From NCBI GenBank assembly GCA_963698495.1, contig CAVORB010000020.1:85789-149788 (forward strand): a stretch of DNA of 64,000 nucleotides, written 5' to 3'. This document shows positions 11,191-20,030 of this stretch, piece after piece. The notes under the pieces were generated by a model, which had not been told where the DNA came from, did no database searches, and saw nothing but the letters and a program-made list of their open reading frames with translations. Origin of the DNA: an uncultured Gammaproteobacteria bacterium (lineage in GTDB: Bacteria > Pseudomonadota > Gammaproteobacteria > Chromatiales > Chromatiaceae). The position numbers and the translations under genes were made by a program. The stretch's first letter is position 1; every line of letters starts with the position of its first letter.

Positions 11191-11943
11191 AGCTCTGTGC
11201 AGGTCGACAAAGGAAGATGCCCGGCGCGAGGAGCATTCGAGACCATCTGGGAAAACGTCAGATCAATGCGGTGTTTGCGGATGTCGCCGCCGCCTACGAC
11301 ACGGCAAACGACTTCGCCAGCCTGGGGGTATTGAAGGGGCTACGCCGCCGCTTCATCGCGACCATCGATGTCGAGCCTGGCCAACGAGTCCTCGACGTCT
11401 GCGCCGGGACGAATGTCGTCGGCATTGAGCTGCTGAAGAAGCAGCCCGGACTCAAGGTGTACGCGGTGGACCGCAGCGACGCCATGCAGAGAGTCGGCAA
11501 GGACCGGGCCTCGCGGCAGGGCTTCGAGATCAAGGGACACATCTGCGACGTGCACCGAGCTGCCGTTCCCGGACAACCACTTCGACGTCGTGACCCTGCA
11601 GTACGCCACGCGGCACCTGCGTGTCATCGACGTCTTCTCGGAGATCAATCGCGTTCTCAAGCCCGGCGGCCACTTCCACCATTTCGATATGCTGCGCCCG
11701 GCGAACAAGCTCATCGAGAACGCCTACTGTCTCTACCTGAAGGCTTGCCTCAAGGTGATCTCCTGGGGTATCCGCTCCGGGCCCGAGGCGTTGGCCTGCC
11801 GCGACTACTTCGTAGACGCCATCCGTCTTTTTTACTCTACGGAGGAGCTTTCCCGCCTGCTCCAAGAGCTCGGTTTCGCGGATGTCATGGGTCGGCCGTT
11901 GCTCGGCGGCACGGTTGCCATCCACAAGGCGTGCAAGGTGTAG
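11184..11943 (+). pseudogene. UbiE/COQ5-like class I SAM-dependent methyltransferase with one frameshift near 11556
   Basis: N-terminal part VFADVAAAYDTANDFASLGVLKGLRR...VLDVCAGTN (SAM motif I) is in one frame. ELPFPDNHFDVVTLQYATRHL...LKPGGHFHHFD continues in the ORF 11590-11943 frame. Confidence 0.75.
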
Positions 11944-12029
11944 TCGGGCTTCGGCCGGGTCGGCTGCGCCCGGAGACTGATCCGCGGGAAATCAACCTTC
12001 ACCCGGCTCTACCAGGGGGAGTACAAACA

Positions 12030-12356
12030 ATGACGACTCACAAGATACTGATCACGGCTGCCGGCATGATCGGCGCCACATGGCTGTCCGGTCCGGTGCA
12101 AGCCCTCGATGCAGCGAGCCTCTATATCGAGCGGACCTGCATCGCCTGCCATGGTCCCGAAGGCCGGGTGCCTGCCATGGACGAGTATCCCAAGCTTGCG
12201 GGACAGGGAACGGACTACCTGTTGGCCCAAATGAAGGACATCAGGAGCGGCGTGCGCAGCAATGCGCACTCGGTGGCGATGAAGAACGTGATGCACCTGT
12301 CCAGCGACGAGGAGTTGGCCGCAATCGCGGCATGGCTCGCAGCTCTGCCCGAATAG
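12030..12356 (+). CDS. Monoheme class I cytochrome c (c-552/c4-half-like), signal peptide
   Basis: Intact ORF with heme motif CIACHG and YPKLAGQGTDYLLAQMKDIRSG. It is a paralogue of 13411-13743. Confidence 0.85.
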   Translation: MTTHKILITAAGMIGATWLSGPVQALDAASLYIERTCIACHGPEGRVPAMDEYPKLAGQGTDYLLAQMKDIRSGVRSNAHSVAMKNVMHLSSDEELAAIAAWLAALPE

Positions 12357-12413
12357 GCGTTGCGCGCGGTGGTGGTCGCGGCGGGGTGGACCTTCGGGAC
12401 TTTCGGCCGATGC

Positions 12414-12872
12414 TCAGCCGCGCCAGACGGAGTCGGTCAAGTCGGCGATCTGCGCGTAGTAAGCGTCCCGGTCCAGGCCGAGCACACCTGAACCGAAGAG
12501 CTCCGCATCCGCCGCGGTTGCGATATCGCCGTAGTTGATCAATACGGACTGGTACAGGATCAGCGCCGGCAGCGCCTCGGGCCGGTCCTTGAAGTGTAGA
12601 TGCAGCGAGATGACGTATCCGTCCGCCGGGTCGTCGGAATTGGCTTCGGTCTTGGCGAACAGGCCAGGCTCGATGCCTTCCGATACGAACCTGATCTCGA
12701 CCGGATACCGGATGCATCGTCTGTCCTCGAGGATGCGCAGCACGGTGGGAAAGTCGATGACGGGACCGTACCGGGCGCGGATGTCCGCGGCCTTCTCGAT
12801 CGCATGTTTGGACACGGCGCTGTGGATGACCTTTCCAACGCGCTTCTTAGGCTTTGTTGGTGTTTGTTCCAT
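12414..12872 (-). CDS. Hypothetical protein (basic N-terminus)
   Basis: Open frame with coding-like composition and no family recognised. Start chosen at ATG MEQTPTKPKK; the longer ORF extends to 12935. Confidence 0.45.
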   Translation of the reverse strand: MEQTPTKPKKRVGKVIHSAVSKHAIEKAADIRARYGPVIDFPTVLRILEDRRCIRYPVEIRFVSEGIEPGLFAKTEANSDDPADGYVISLHLHFKDRPEALPALILYQSVLINYGDIATAADAELFGSGVLGLDRDAYYAQIADLTDSVWRG

Positions 12873-13001
12873 TGCATTGACGCCTATTGTCTGTACGCGG
12901 GCTTGCGGATTCGGATTCTGTGGGGGCCAGCTCAAATGCAGACGGCTGCATCATAACCGACTTCGACCCGAAGTCCGGATCGTGTCCGGCAGAGGATCTC
13001 C

Positions 13002-13373
13002 ATGCCCGATTACCAACTGAAGTTCTCCGAGGATGAAGATGCGGAAGCCCGCCAGCGCACCCTCGATGAGCTCCGCGCTTTCGTCGCCGCGATGGATGGC
13101 CGCCCCCTCGCGATCGTTACGCTGAACGCGGAGCAGAGCCAACTGTGGGATCAGGAGGGCGACGTCGATTACCAGGACGCATACGGGCGGCAGATCGTAG
13201 AACAGGTCTCCGACGGCGAGACCGAGACCCTGGTCATCCGCAATTGCGACGGGTTCCCGGTGGCGCTGGCGGCAACGGAAGCCGGCGCCGGCTGGCAGGG
13301 CATCGGCGTCGACAGGCGGCTGCGTTTCGAGATTGCAGCCATGCTGCAGAACGACGAGACCGAGCTTGAATAG
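13002..13373 (+). CDS. Hypothetical acidic protein
   Basis: 123-aa ORF with SD AGAGGA and ATG. Very acidic; no family recognised. Confidence 0.5.
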   Translation: MPDYQLKFSEDEDAEARQRTLDELRAFVAAMDGRPLAIVTLNAEQSQLWDQEGDVDYQDAYGRQIVEQVSDGETETLVIRNCDGFPVALAATEAGAGWQGIGVDRRLRFEIAAMLQNDETELE

Positions 13374-13410
13374 CGCAACCCAACGAACCAAGATCCGGGA
13401 GACCACCGAG

Positions 13411-13743
13411 ATGAACGAACCGAGATTGTCCGCGCTTCTGATTTGCACTCTCCTCACCGCCGGAGGCGCCTCGGCCGCTTCCGCCCAGGACGCCGCGCCG
13501 GATGGAGCGCAGCTCTACCAGACCAAGGCCTGCATGTCGTGCCACGGCCCAGACGGCCGCACGCCGATACTGCCGATCTATCCCAAGATCGCCGGACAGA
13601 AGGCGGGCTACCTCTACAATCAGATGCGCGACATCAAAAGCGGCGCCCGTAACAACGGCCAATCGATCGTCATGCTCGGCATCATGGCCGGCGTCAACGA
13701 GGACGAGATGCAGGCGCTCGCCGATTGGCTCGCCTCACAATAA
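13411..13743 (+). CDS. Monoheme class I cytochrome c, signal peptide
   Basis: MNEPRLSALLICTLLTAGGASAASA signal, heme motif CMSCHG and YPKIAGQKAGYLYNQMRDIKSG. Confidence 0.85.
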   Translation: MNEPRLSALLICTLLTAGGASAASAQDAAPDGAQLYQTKACMSCHGPDGRTPILPIYPKIAGQKAGYLYNQMRDIKSGARNNGQSIVMLGIMAGVNEDEMQALADWLASQ

Positions 13744-13892
13744 CGTTTGCGACGCAGTGGACGAGCCATCTGCAGCGGCGCGAGCTTTGAGTCAGGGGCC
13801 ACTTTCCAGACTTCGCCCCGGCGCCGGGACCAGGACACGAGCCGATCCAACCGCCGGCGTCAGCGCGCCTTCCTGAAGCGAGCCGGAGCCTG

Positions 13893-14447
13893 ATGACGCG
13901 GCACACAATAGCGAAGCGGGCATCCCCGGACCGGGAATCAGAGCAACTGCGAATCCTTGCCGCACTGCTCGCCCACCCCGCGGAGGACGCCCTCGACGCC
14001 CTGCGCGACCTGCTCCCGCGGGCGCCATGGCTCGCGGAGTGCATTGTGGAGCTCGAGGGGCTCACGCTCGAGCGCTGGCAGGGGGAGCACACGCGTCTGT
14101 TCATCAATGGGTGGCCCGCAACCGCGTGCCCGCCCTTCGAGTCCGCCTACCGCCAGGGGCAGATGGGCGGCACGAGCGCGGCGGCGTTGGCGAGCCTCTA
14201 CCGCCGCGCCGGGCTCCAGGCAAACGAAGCGCCGCCGGACTATCTCGGAACCATGTTGGAGTGCGCCGCATGGCTCGCCGAGCAGGAGGACAGCGGGGGC
14301 TTGCTCAGGGAGCTCGAAGACGACCATCTCAGCCGCTGGGTGCCTCGCTTCGCCCGTGATCTCCGGGACCGCAGCGAGCTGCTGCTCTACCGCGCCCTGG
14401 GCGGGCAGATCGCACGCAGCTTCCCCGGGACCGAGGGTCATGACTGA
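13893..14447 (+). CDS. TorD/DmsD/NarJ-family redox-enzyme maturation chaperone
   Basis: Intact 184-aa ORF with SD GGAG. Family-typical HTRLFINGWPATACPPFESAY and DYLGTMLECAAWL. Confidence 0.75.
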   Translation: MTRHTIAKRASPDRESEQLRILAALLAHPAEDALDALRDLLPRAPWLAECIVELEGLTLERWQGEHTRLFINGWPATACPPFESAYRQGQMGGTSAAALASLYRRAGLQANEAPPDYLGTMLECAAWLAEQEDSGGLLRELEDDHLSRWVPRFARDLRDRSELLLYRALGGQIARSFPGTEGHD

Positions 14448-15003
14448 CCGCGACTGGAGGATCTGTCCCCCGGCGCTCGCCGACGACGAGGCCCTGGGTC
14501 GCGCCGTCGTCGGGACACACCGGGCCGTCCTGCGCGACCAGCTGTCGGGCGACCCCATGTTGAACGCGGCGCTCGGCGTCCAGCTCCGGGCACTGCGCAG
14601 GATCGAGGGCTGGCGGGTGCTGCTGCTGCTCACCCCCTGGATGCTCGCCCGCCTGCTGTTTCCGGACGATAGGCCGCCGCTGGAGATTCCACGTGGCTGG
14701 TCCGCCAACGAGCGCCAGGGTAGCGACTACCTGGTGCTCGGCCCGCGTCTGGACTTCGTGCTGCTCGGACAGCCGCAGCAGGCACATCTGAACTACGACC
14801 CTGCCCTCGGGCACTATTTGGTACAGCCGATCTGCCTCGATCTGGCGCCCTACCGGGATGCGGCGGCCGTTTTCGAGGCATGGAATCAGGTCATCCGCAC
14901 CCGCGACGAAAACATGGAGAAGGCCAAGCGCGATTGCCCGCTGCAGAAGGAGATCTCCCGGCGCGAGCTGTTCCGCCGCATCAAGCCACCCAACAGCACC
15001 TGA
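14440..15003 (+). CDS. HybE-like [NiFe]-hydrogenase-type Tat proofreading/assembly chaperone
   Basis: The ATG overlaps the upstream stop by 8 nt. WRVLLLLTPWMLARLLFP and GHYLVQPICLDL parallel E. coli HybE WTGCVITPWMLSAVIFPG and SQYLSCSLMSPL. Confidence 0.65.
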   Translation: MTDRDWRICPPALADDEALGRAVVGTHRAVLRDQLSGDPMLNAALGVQLRALRRIEGWRVLLLLTPWMLARLLFPDDRPPLEIPRGWSANERQGSDYLVLGPRLDFVLLGQPQQAHLNYDPALGHYLVQPICLDLAPYRDAAAVFEAWNQVIRTRDENMEKAKRDCPLQKEISRRELFRRIKPPNST

Positions 15004-15063
15004 AACCGGTCGCGGCGAGGTCTCGCTTGAGCGTGCGGGACACCAGTTCAACGCGCGTAGGTT

Positions 15064-15594
15064 ATGCTTCAATCATCCACTCGCATTGCTCGAGAGACCG
15101 TGATCCCTCGCGCTGGAGGTCTTCCCGCCGTGACAACCAAACCCATCTCTATCGCCATGCTGCTCGCGTTCGCCATTCCCGCCGCGTGGGGCTCGCCCGA
15201 TTGGGGCTACCCGCAAGGGCCCAGCTACTTTCACTCCTACCAGTACACGATGCCTCTCTACGGGCCACCCGCGGCTTATGCCGGCCAACCCAGTCAACAA
15301 CAATCCGCCGGAGGAGCCTGGTCCTACGGCGTCAACAGCCGCGAGGTGCCGGGCGGCTACCTGATCGAGCTTGCGCTCCGCGGGATCGCGCCCAGCGAGA
15401 TCCGGATGCATGTCCGAGACGGCGCGCTGGTGTTCGAACGCAGCCAGACCTCCGGTGGCTCGGGACAGGGTAGCTTCAGCTTCGGAAGCTTCTTCTGGAC
15501 CCTGCCCCTCCCCGCGGATGCGGACGTTTCCCGAGCGGAAGGCCGCGCGGACCAGAACGGCATTCAACTGTTCATCCCGAAGAAGGGAAGCTGA
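15064..15594 (+). CDS. Exported protein with Tyr/Pro/Gly-rich N-region and C-terminal Hsp20/alpha-crystallin-like domain
   Basis: Signal-like KPISIAMLLAFAIPAAWG. ACD-like GGYLIELALRGIAPSEIRMHVRDGALVFE...LPLPADADVSRAEGRADQNGIQLFIPKK. The true start may be GTG about 15130. Confidence 0.55.
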   Translation: MLQSSTRIARETVIPRAGGLPAVTTKPISIAMLLAFAIPAAWGSPDWGYPQGPSYFHSYQYTMPLYGPPAAYAGQPSQQQSAGGAWSYGVNSREVPGGYLIELALRGIAPSEIRMHVRDGALVFERSQTSGGSGQGSFSFGSFFWTLPLPADADVSRAEGRADQNGIQLFIPKKGS

Positions 15595-15642
15595 CCCCAA
15601 ACGAGGCGCCGGAAGACCCGGTTCGCCGCCGGTCTCGGAGCA

Positions 15643-17874
15643 ATGAGTCGCGTCGAGTACCCCGGATCGAGCCAGGGCGCGCACGCGGAGCGCCTCTCGG
15701 GTTCGATCGAGCGGGTCACCTTCCACAGCCCGGAGAGCGGCTTCTGCGTGCTGCGCGTGAAGGTGCGCGGCCAGCGCGACCTGGTGACCGTGGTCGGCTC
15801 AGCGGCCAGCGTGACCGCCGGCGAATACGTCGACTGTGACGGCTCATGGGTGAATGACCGGCAGCATGGGCTGCAATTCAAGGCCCTGGCCCTGCGCGTC
15901 GTCCCCCCCAGCACCCTGGAGGGAATCGAGAAGTACCTGGGCTCGGGCATGGTCAAGGGCATCGGCCCCCACTTCGCCCGCAAGCTGGTGCGCGCCTTCG
16001 GCGAGCGGGTCTTCGACGTCATCGAGGACCATCCGGACCGCCTGCAGGAGCTCGACGGCATCGGACCCAAGCGCAGGGACCGGGTGACCAAGGCGTGGGC
16101 GGAGCAGAAGGTGATCCGCGAGATCATGGTCTTCCTGCAGTCCCACGGCGTCGGCACCGCCCGCGCCGTGCGCATCTTCAAGACCTATGGCGACGCGGCG
16201 ATCGAGAAGGTGCGGGAGAACCCCTACCGGCTCGCCCTGGACATCCACGGAATCGGCTTCAAGACCGCGGACGCCATTGCGCAGAGGCTCGGCATCCCGC
16301 GGGACTCCCTGATCCGGGCTCGCGCCGGGGTGCGCCATGCGCTGCAGGAGATCGCCGGCGACGGGCACTGCGCGGCTCACCGCGAGAATCTGGTCGAGAC
16401 GGCGATCAAGCTGCTCGCGATCCCGCGGCCCGTGATCGAGCAGGCGGTGGCGGGTGAGCTCACGGAGGAGACCCTGGTCGAGGAAGAGATCGATGGCGTC
16501 CCCGCCCTGCTACTGACCCCATTGCAGCGGGCGGAGCGGGGCGTGGCCCTGAGCATTGCCCGCCTGCAGCGGAGCCCGCCGAACTGGGGTCACATCGAAG
16601 CGGACGCCGCGCTCGCCTGGGTCGAGGGGGCGTCCGGACTCGAGCTATCCGGCTCCCAGCGCGCGGCGGTGACGAGCGCCGTCAACGCCAAGGTGACCCT
16701 GATGACCGGCGGTCCCGGCGTGGGCAAGACGACGGTCGTCAACAGCATCCTGCGCATCCTGCGCGCGAAAGGGGCTTCGGTGCTCCTGTGCGCGCCGACC
16801 GGGCGCGCCGCCAAGCGATTGTCCGAGTCCACCGGGGTGGAGGCCAAGACGGTACACCGTCTGCTGGAATTCGATCCCCAGATCATGGGCTTCAAGCGGG
16901 ACCAGTACTCACCCCTCGACGCGGACCTGGTGGTGGTGGACGAGGTCTCCATGGTCGACGTCGCCCTGATGAACCAGCTCCTGCGGGCGGTCCCCGACCA
17001 TGCGGCCATCCTGCTGGTTGGGGACGTGGACCAGCTACCCTCGGTGGGACCCGGTGCCGTGCTGAAGGACCTGATCGACTCCGGAATGGTACCCACGGTG
17101 CGTCTGACCGAGATCTTCCGCCAGGCGGCCAGCTCGCGGATCATCGTCAACGCGCACCGGATCAATCGGGGCTTGATGCCCGAGCGTCCAACCGGACAGG
17201 ATTCCGAGAGCGACTTCTACCTGATCCCGTGCGACACGCCGGCGCTGATCCATGAGCGCCTGATAACGGTCGTCACCGAACGCATTCCCCGGCGCTTCGG
17301 GCTCGACCCGATCAACGACATCCAGGTATTGACCCCAATGAATCGAGGCGGACTCGGGGCCCGTTCCCTGAACATCGAGCTGCAGGAACGGCTCAATCCG
17401 GACGGCCAGCCGCGCATCACACGCTTCGGCTGGACCTACGCCCCGCGGGACAAGGTGATGCAGACCGTCAACAATTACGACAAGGAGGTCTTCAACGGCG
17501 ACATCGGCCGCATCGCCCGCATCGAAGAGGAGGAGGGGCTGGTCGTCGTCGACTACGACGGCCGTCAGGTCGAGTACGAGACCGGCGAGCTGGACGAGCT
17601 CTCCCTCGCCTACGCCACGACGATCCACAAGAGCCAGGGATCCGAGTATCCTGCGGTGGTGATCCCGCTCTCGACGCAGCACTACACGCTATTGGAGCGC
17701 AACCTGCTGTACACGGCCGTAACCAGGGGCCGAAGACTGGTCGTTCTCGCCGCCGAGAACAGGGCCCTGGGGATGGCGGTGAAACGCACGGGATCGGTGC
17801 GCCGACTGACCAGACTGCGTCAGCGTGTTCAGGAGGCCTTCGAGGAGCAGATACGCGAGGCGCCGAAGCCTTGA
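15643..17874 (+). CDS. recD2: RecD2-type SF1B ATP-dependent DNA helicase
   Basis: Intact 743-aa ORF with Walker [34 protein letters not shown] and C-terminal [13 protein letters not shown]. Confidence 0.9.
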   Translation: MSRVEYPGSSQGAHAERLSGSIERVTFHSPESGFCVLRVKVRGQRDLVTVVGSAASVTAGEYVDCDGSWVNDRQHGLQFKALALRVVPPSTLEGIEKYLGSGMVKGIGPHFARKLVRAFGERVFDVIEDHPDRLQELDGIGPKRRDRVTKAWAEQKVIREIMVFLQSHGVGTARAVRIFKTYGDAAIEKVRENPYRLALDIHGIGFKTADAIAQRLGIPRDSLIRARAGVRHALQEIAGDGHCAAHRENLVETAIKLLAIPRPVIEQAVAGELTEETLVEEEIDGVPALLLTPLQRAERGVALSIARLQRSPPNWGHIEADAALAWVEGASGLELSGSQRAAVTSAVNAKVTLMTGGPGVGKTTVVNSILRILRAKGASVLLCAPTGRAAKRLSESTGVEAKTVHRLLEFDPQIMGFKRDQYSPLDADLVVVDEVSMVDVALMNQLLRAVPDHAAILLVGDVDQLPSVGPGAVLKDLIDSGMVPTVRLTEIFRQAASSRIIVNAHRINRGLMPERPTGQDSESDFYLIPCDTPALIHERLITVVTERIPRRFGLDPINDIQVLTPMNRGGLGARSLNIELQERLNPDGQPRITRFGWTYAPRDKVMQTVNNYDKEVFNGDIGRIARIEEEEGLVVVDYDGRQVEYETGELDELSLAYATTIHKSQGSEYPAVVIPLSTQHYTLLERNLLYTAVTRGRRLVVLAAENRALGMAVKRTGSVRRLTRLRQRVQEAFEEQIREAPKP

Positions 17875-17943
17875 CGTAGGATTCGGTGCCGTATCCACGC
17901 GACCTGAAGCCAGACCGCAAAAAGACGCTGATTTACGGCCGTC

Positions 17944-18067
17944 CTGGCCAAAATCAGCACGCCAGCCAAGAAGCGTGGTTCTTGGATCGCTTCGTTTTCG
18001 AACGCTTGCGCGCCTGAACATGGCGTCACATCCCTGTGCCGCCGCAAGCGCTGAATCGATCAGCGCT
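17944..18067. repeat. Dispersed intergenic repeat, copy A (core 124 nt; weaker similarity spans 17918-18082)
   Basis: About 90% identical, without gaps, to 58561-58684. Ends in hairpin AGCGCTGA-ATCGA-TCAGCGCT (18047-18067). Confidence 0.85.
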
Positions 18068-18069
18068 GC

Positions 18070-18828
18070 CTAACGCCCATCCCGGGAAAAACGAACCTTC
18101 CGGGACACCGCATAGATCGCCTTGAAAAACAGCGCCGCAGCGGTAAACAGTAGGGCCACACTGATAATGACCGCGATGATGATGATCGCCTTCCCCTCTC
18201 TTTCTCCAATGCTCGCCAGGGCGTCTCGCGTGACGTTTTCGGATTGAAACAGGAACTCCTCCAGCCTTTGATTGAATTCGTCTTCCCGCTCCTCTATTTC
18301 CGCGACCAGCCTTTCGGCTTCGCTGGATTTTCCGGCCGCGAACAAATCAAACAGATTATCGGCACGCGTAACGTATATGGCATACTCCTCCTGTATCGAG
18401 CTGAGGGATCTTTCAATGTCAGCAAGTGCAGCTGCCAGGTGCTCATCAGAAGCCCGCTGGCGGGCTTCGACGCTCATGCTCGATGCGCCCTTGATTTCTG
18501 CATTTACCTTGACGGCGATATCCTTGAATCTGGTTCTCGCCTCGTTCAGAAGCCTCAGATTATTTTTATCGTCCTGTTGCCCACGCGCAGCGATCTCTGC
18601 ATAGCGCAAGCCCCGTTCGAACCAGTACGTCTGCTCCAATTTGTGCACGGTGATCCGGGTTATCATTTCCGTGATCGGGATCTCCTGCTCGACGACCTCT
18701 TTGAGCTCATCATTGAGTTGAAAAAGGAAATAGATACTCGCTATGCCTGATCCCAGCAAAACAAAAAACAATACCCCGGTCAGCCAAAATACGTTTTCTT
18801 TGTGTTTGGCCGTCTTGGATTGAGTCAT
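18070..18828 (-). CDS. Two-TM membrane protein with periplasmic helical-bundle (MCP-sensor-like) region and no output domain
   Basis: 252-aa ORF from ATG MTQSKTAKHK. N-terminal TM VFWLTGVLFFVLLGSGIASIYFLF and C-terminal TM AIIIIAVIISVALLFTAAALFF. GC is clearly below the window average. Confidence 0.55.
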   Translation of the reverse strand: MTQSKTAKHKENVFWLTGVLFFVLLGSGIASIYFLFQLNDELKEVVEQEIPITEMITRITVHKLEQTYWFERGLRYAEIAARGQQDDKNNLRLLNEARTRFKDIAVKVNAEIKGASSMSVEARQRASDEHLAAALADIERSLSSIQEEYAIYVTRADNLFDLFAAGKSSEAERLVAEIEEREDEFNQRLEEFLFQSENVTRDALASIGEREGKAIIIIAVIISVALLFTAAALFFKAIYAVSRKVRFSRDGR

Positions 18829-19445
18829 GACAGTTTCTACTCCACGAGGCGCGGTGGGTCGCAAAGGCTGGGAAAACAGTCTACCCGGCACGGATTGCCC
18901 CGGGAACTGACGGTCCAAACCTCGGACATTCTCTCATGCGGCGCAAGGGATGGGGACTTCCCGCGCACACGAGACGCAGTCAGTCTTGCAAACCACCACC
19001 GGCAGGCTATTCTTCGACGGATGGCTAGACCCCTTCGTATCTTGCCGGGAGGCTTTGCCACGCCACCTCGCGCTGGGATCGGCACGAGGCCGTCTAGCCC
19101 GAGCGGGGCTTTCATCCGTAGGTTCGCTGGGCTCGCCAAGCCGCTGAAACGACCGCGCGGGATTCCTCAAGCGCAGCGCCCACCGTTGGCCAAGCCACTT
19201 CCCCGCTTCGAGCATGCCTGCCCGAGCCGCCGCGCACACGCTGGCCCGGGCCTTTTTCACCGGCGTTTACACCTGCAGGAGATCGCGGATCATCTCCGTG
19301 TGCATGGCTCGACGGTCAGCCACCCCATCCTCCGCTGGCCGGAAACCAGAGGACACCGGCCCTCCGAGCCGCTGACCAGGCGACACGACAGAGCGCTTGA
19401 TCGCAACACTTCACTTCGTTCTCGCTTGAGGAGAGGAGATCAACG

Positions 19446-19889
19446 ATGAGCTTTTGGTCATGGGACCCGTCCCTATCCGTAGGAATTGAGATCATCGATC
19501 GCCAGCACCAGAGAATCGTGGATTACATCAATGACCTTCATTCGGCGCACCTCGAAAAGGATCAAGGTAAGGTATCCGAGGTGCTGGCCGGGCTGCGCGA
19601 TTACACCCAGACTCATTTCACATTTGAAGAGGATCTGATGGAGAGCTCCGGCTATCCTTTGTCTGAAACACATAAAACGGTCCACGACTCCTTTGTTGCT
19701 CATCTGGATAAGCTCGTTGAACAGCACGAGAACGGAAAAGACGTTAGCCGCAAGCTGATGTCGATGCTGCAAGTCTGGTTAACGAACCATATCAAGAATG
19801 ATGACAAAGACTATTCGAGCATTGTAAAGGAGATGCTCGGCCAGCATGAGGGATGGTTCAGACGGACCGCAAACCGGTTTTTCAGCTAG
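19446..19889 (+). CDS. Bacteriohemerythrin
   Basis: WDPSLSVGIEIIDRQHQRIVDYINDL, HFTFEEDLM, HKTVHDSF and WLTNHIKNDDKDY carry the hemerythrin His/Asp ligand pattern. Low GC. Confidence 0.85.
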   Translation: MSFWSWDPSLSVGIEIIDRQHQRIVDYINDLHSAHLEKDQGKVSEVLAGLRDYTQTHFTFEEDLMESSGYPLSETHKTVHDSFVAHLDKLVEQHENGKDVSRKLMSMLQVWLTNHIKNDDKDYSSIVKEMLGQHEGWFRRTANRFFS

Positions 19890-20030
19890 CTTCAGGCAGC
19901 CGGTACAGTCAACAGGTCAAGGGACAGCATCCACACTCGCGCGGCTTCGGGCACAGCGTCCCTCTCAACACTGCCCGGGGCTACGGTCACGGAGGCCGGA
20001 ACCTCTGCCTACCTCGCGGAGGGATCGGCC

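Noticed and set aside
15643-17874. RecD2 helicase as part of a defence system
   Set aside because: It is a stand-alone helicase with no nuclease, methylase, ATPase partner or other defence-associated neighbour. This is consistent with the housekeeping RecD2 found in many bacteria.
18020-18073. 16-17-codon ORF (MASHPCAAASAE..) conserved in both repeat copies as a micro-protein gene
   Set aside because: There is no Shine-Dalgarno sequence. Conservation is explained by the about 90% nucleotide identity of the repeat itself. Two copies are insufficient to show coding selection.
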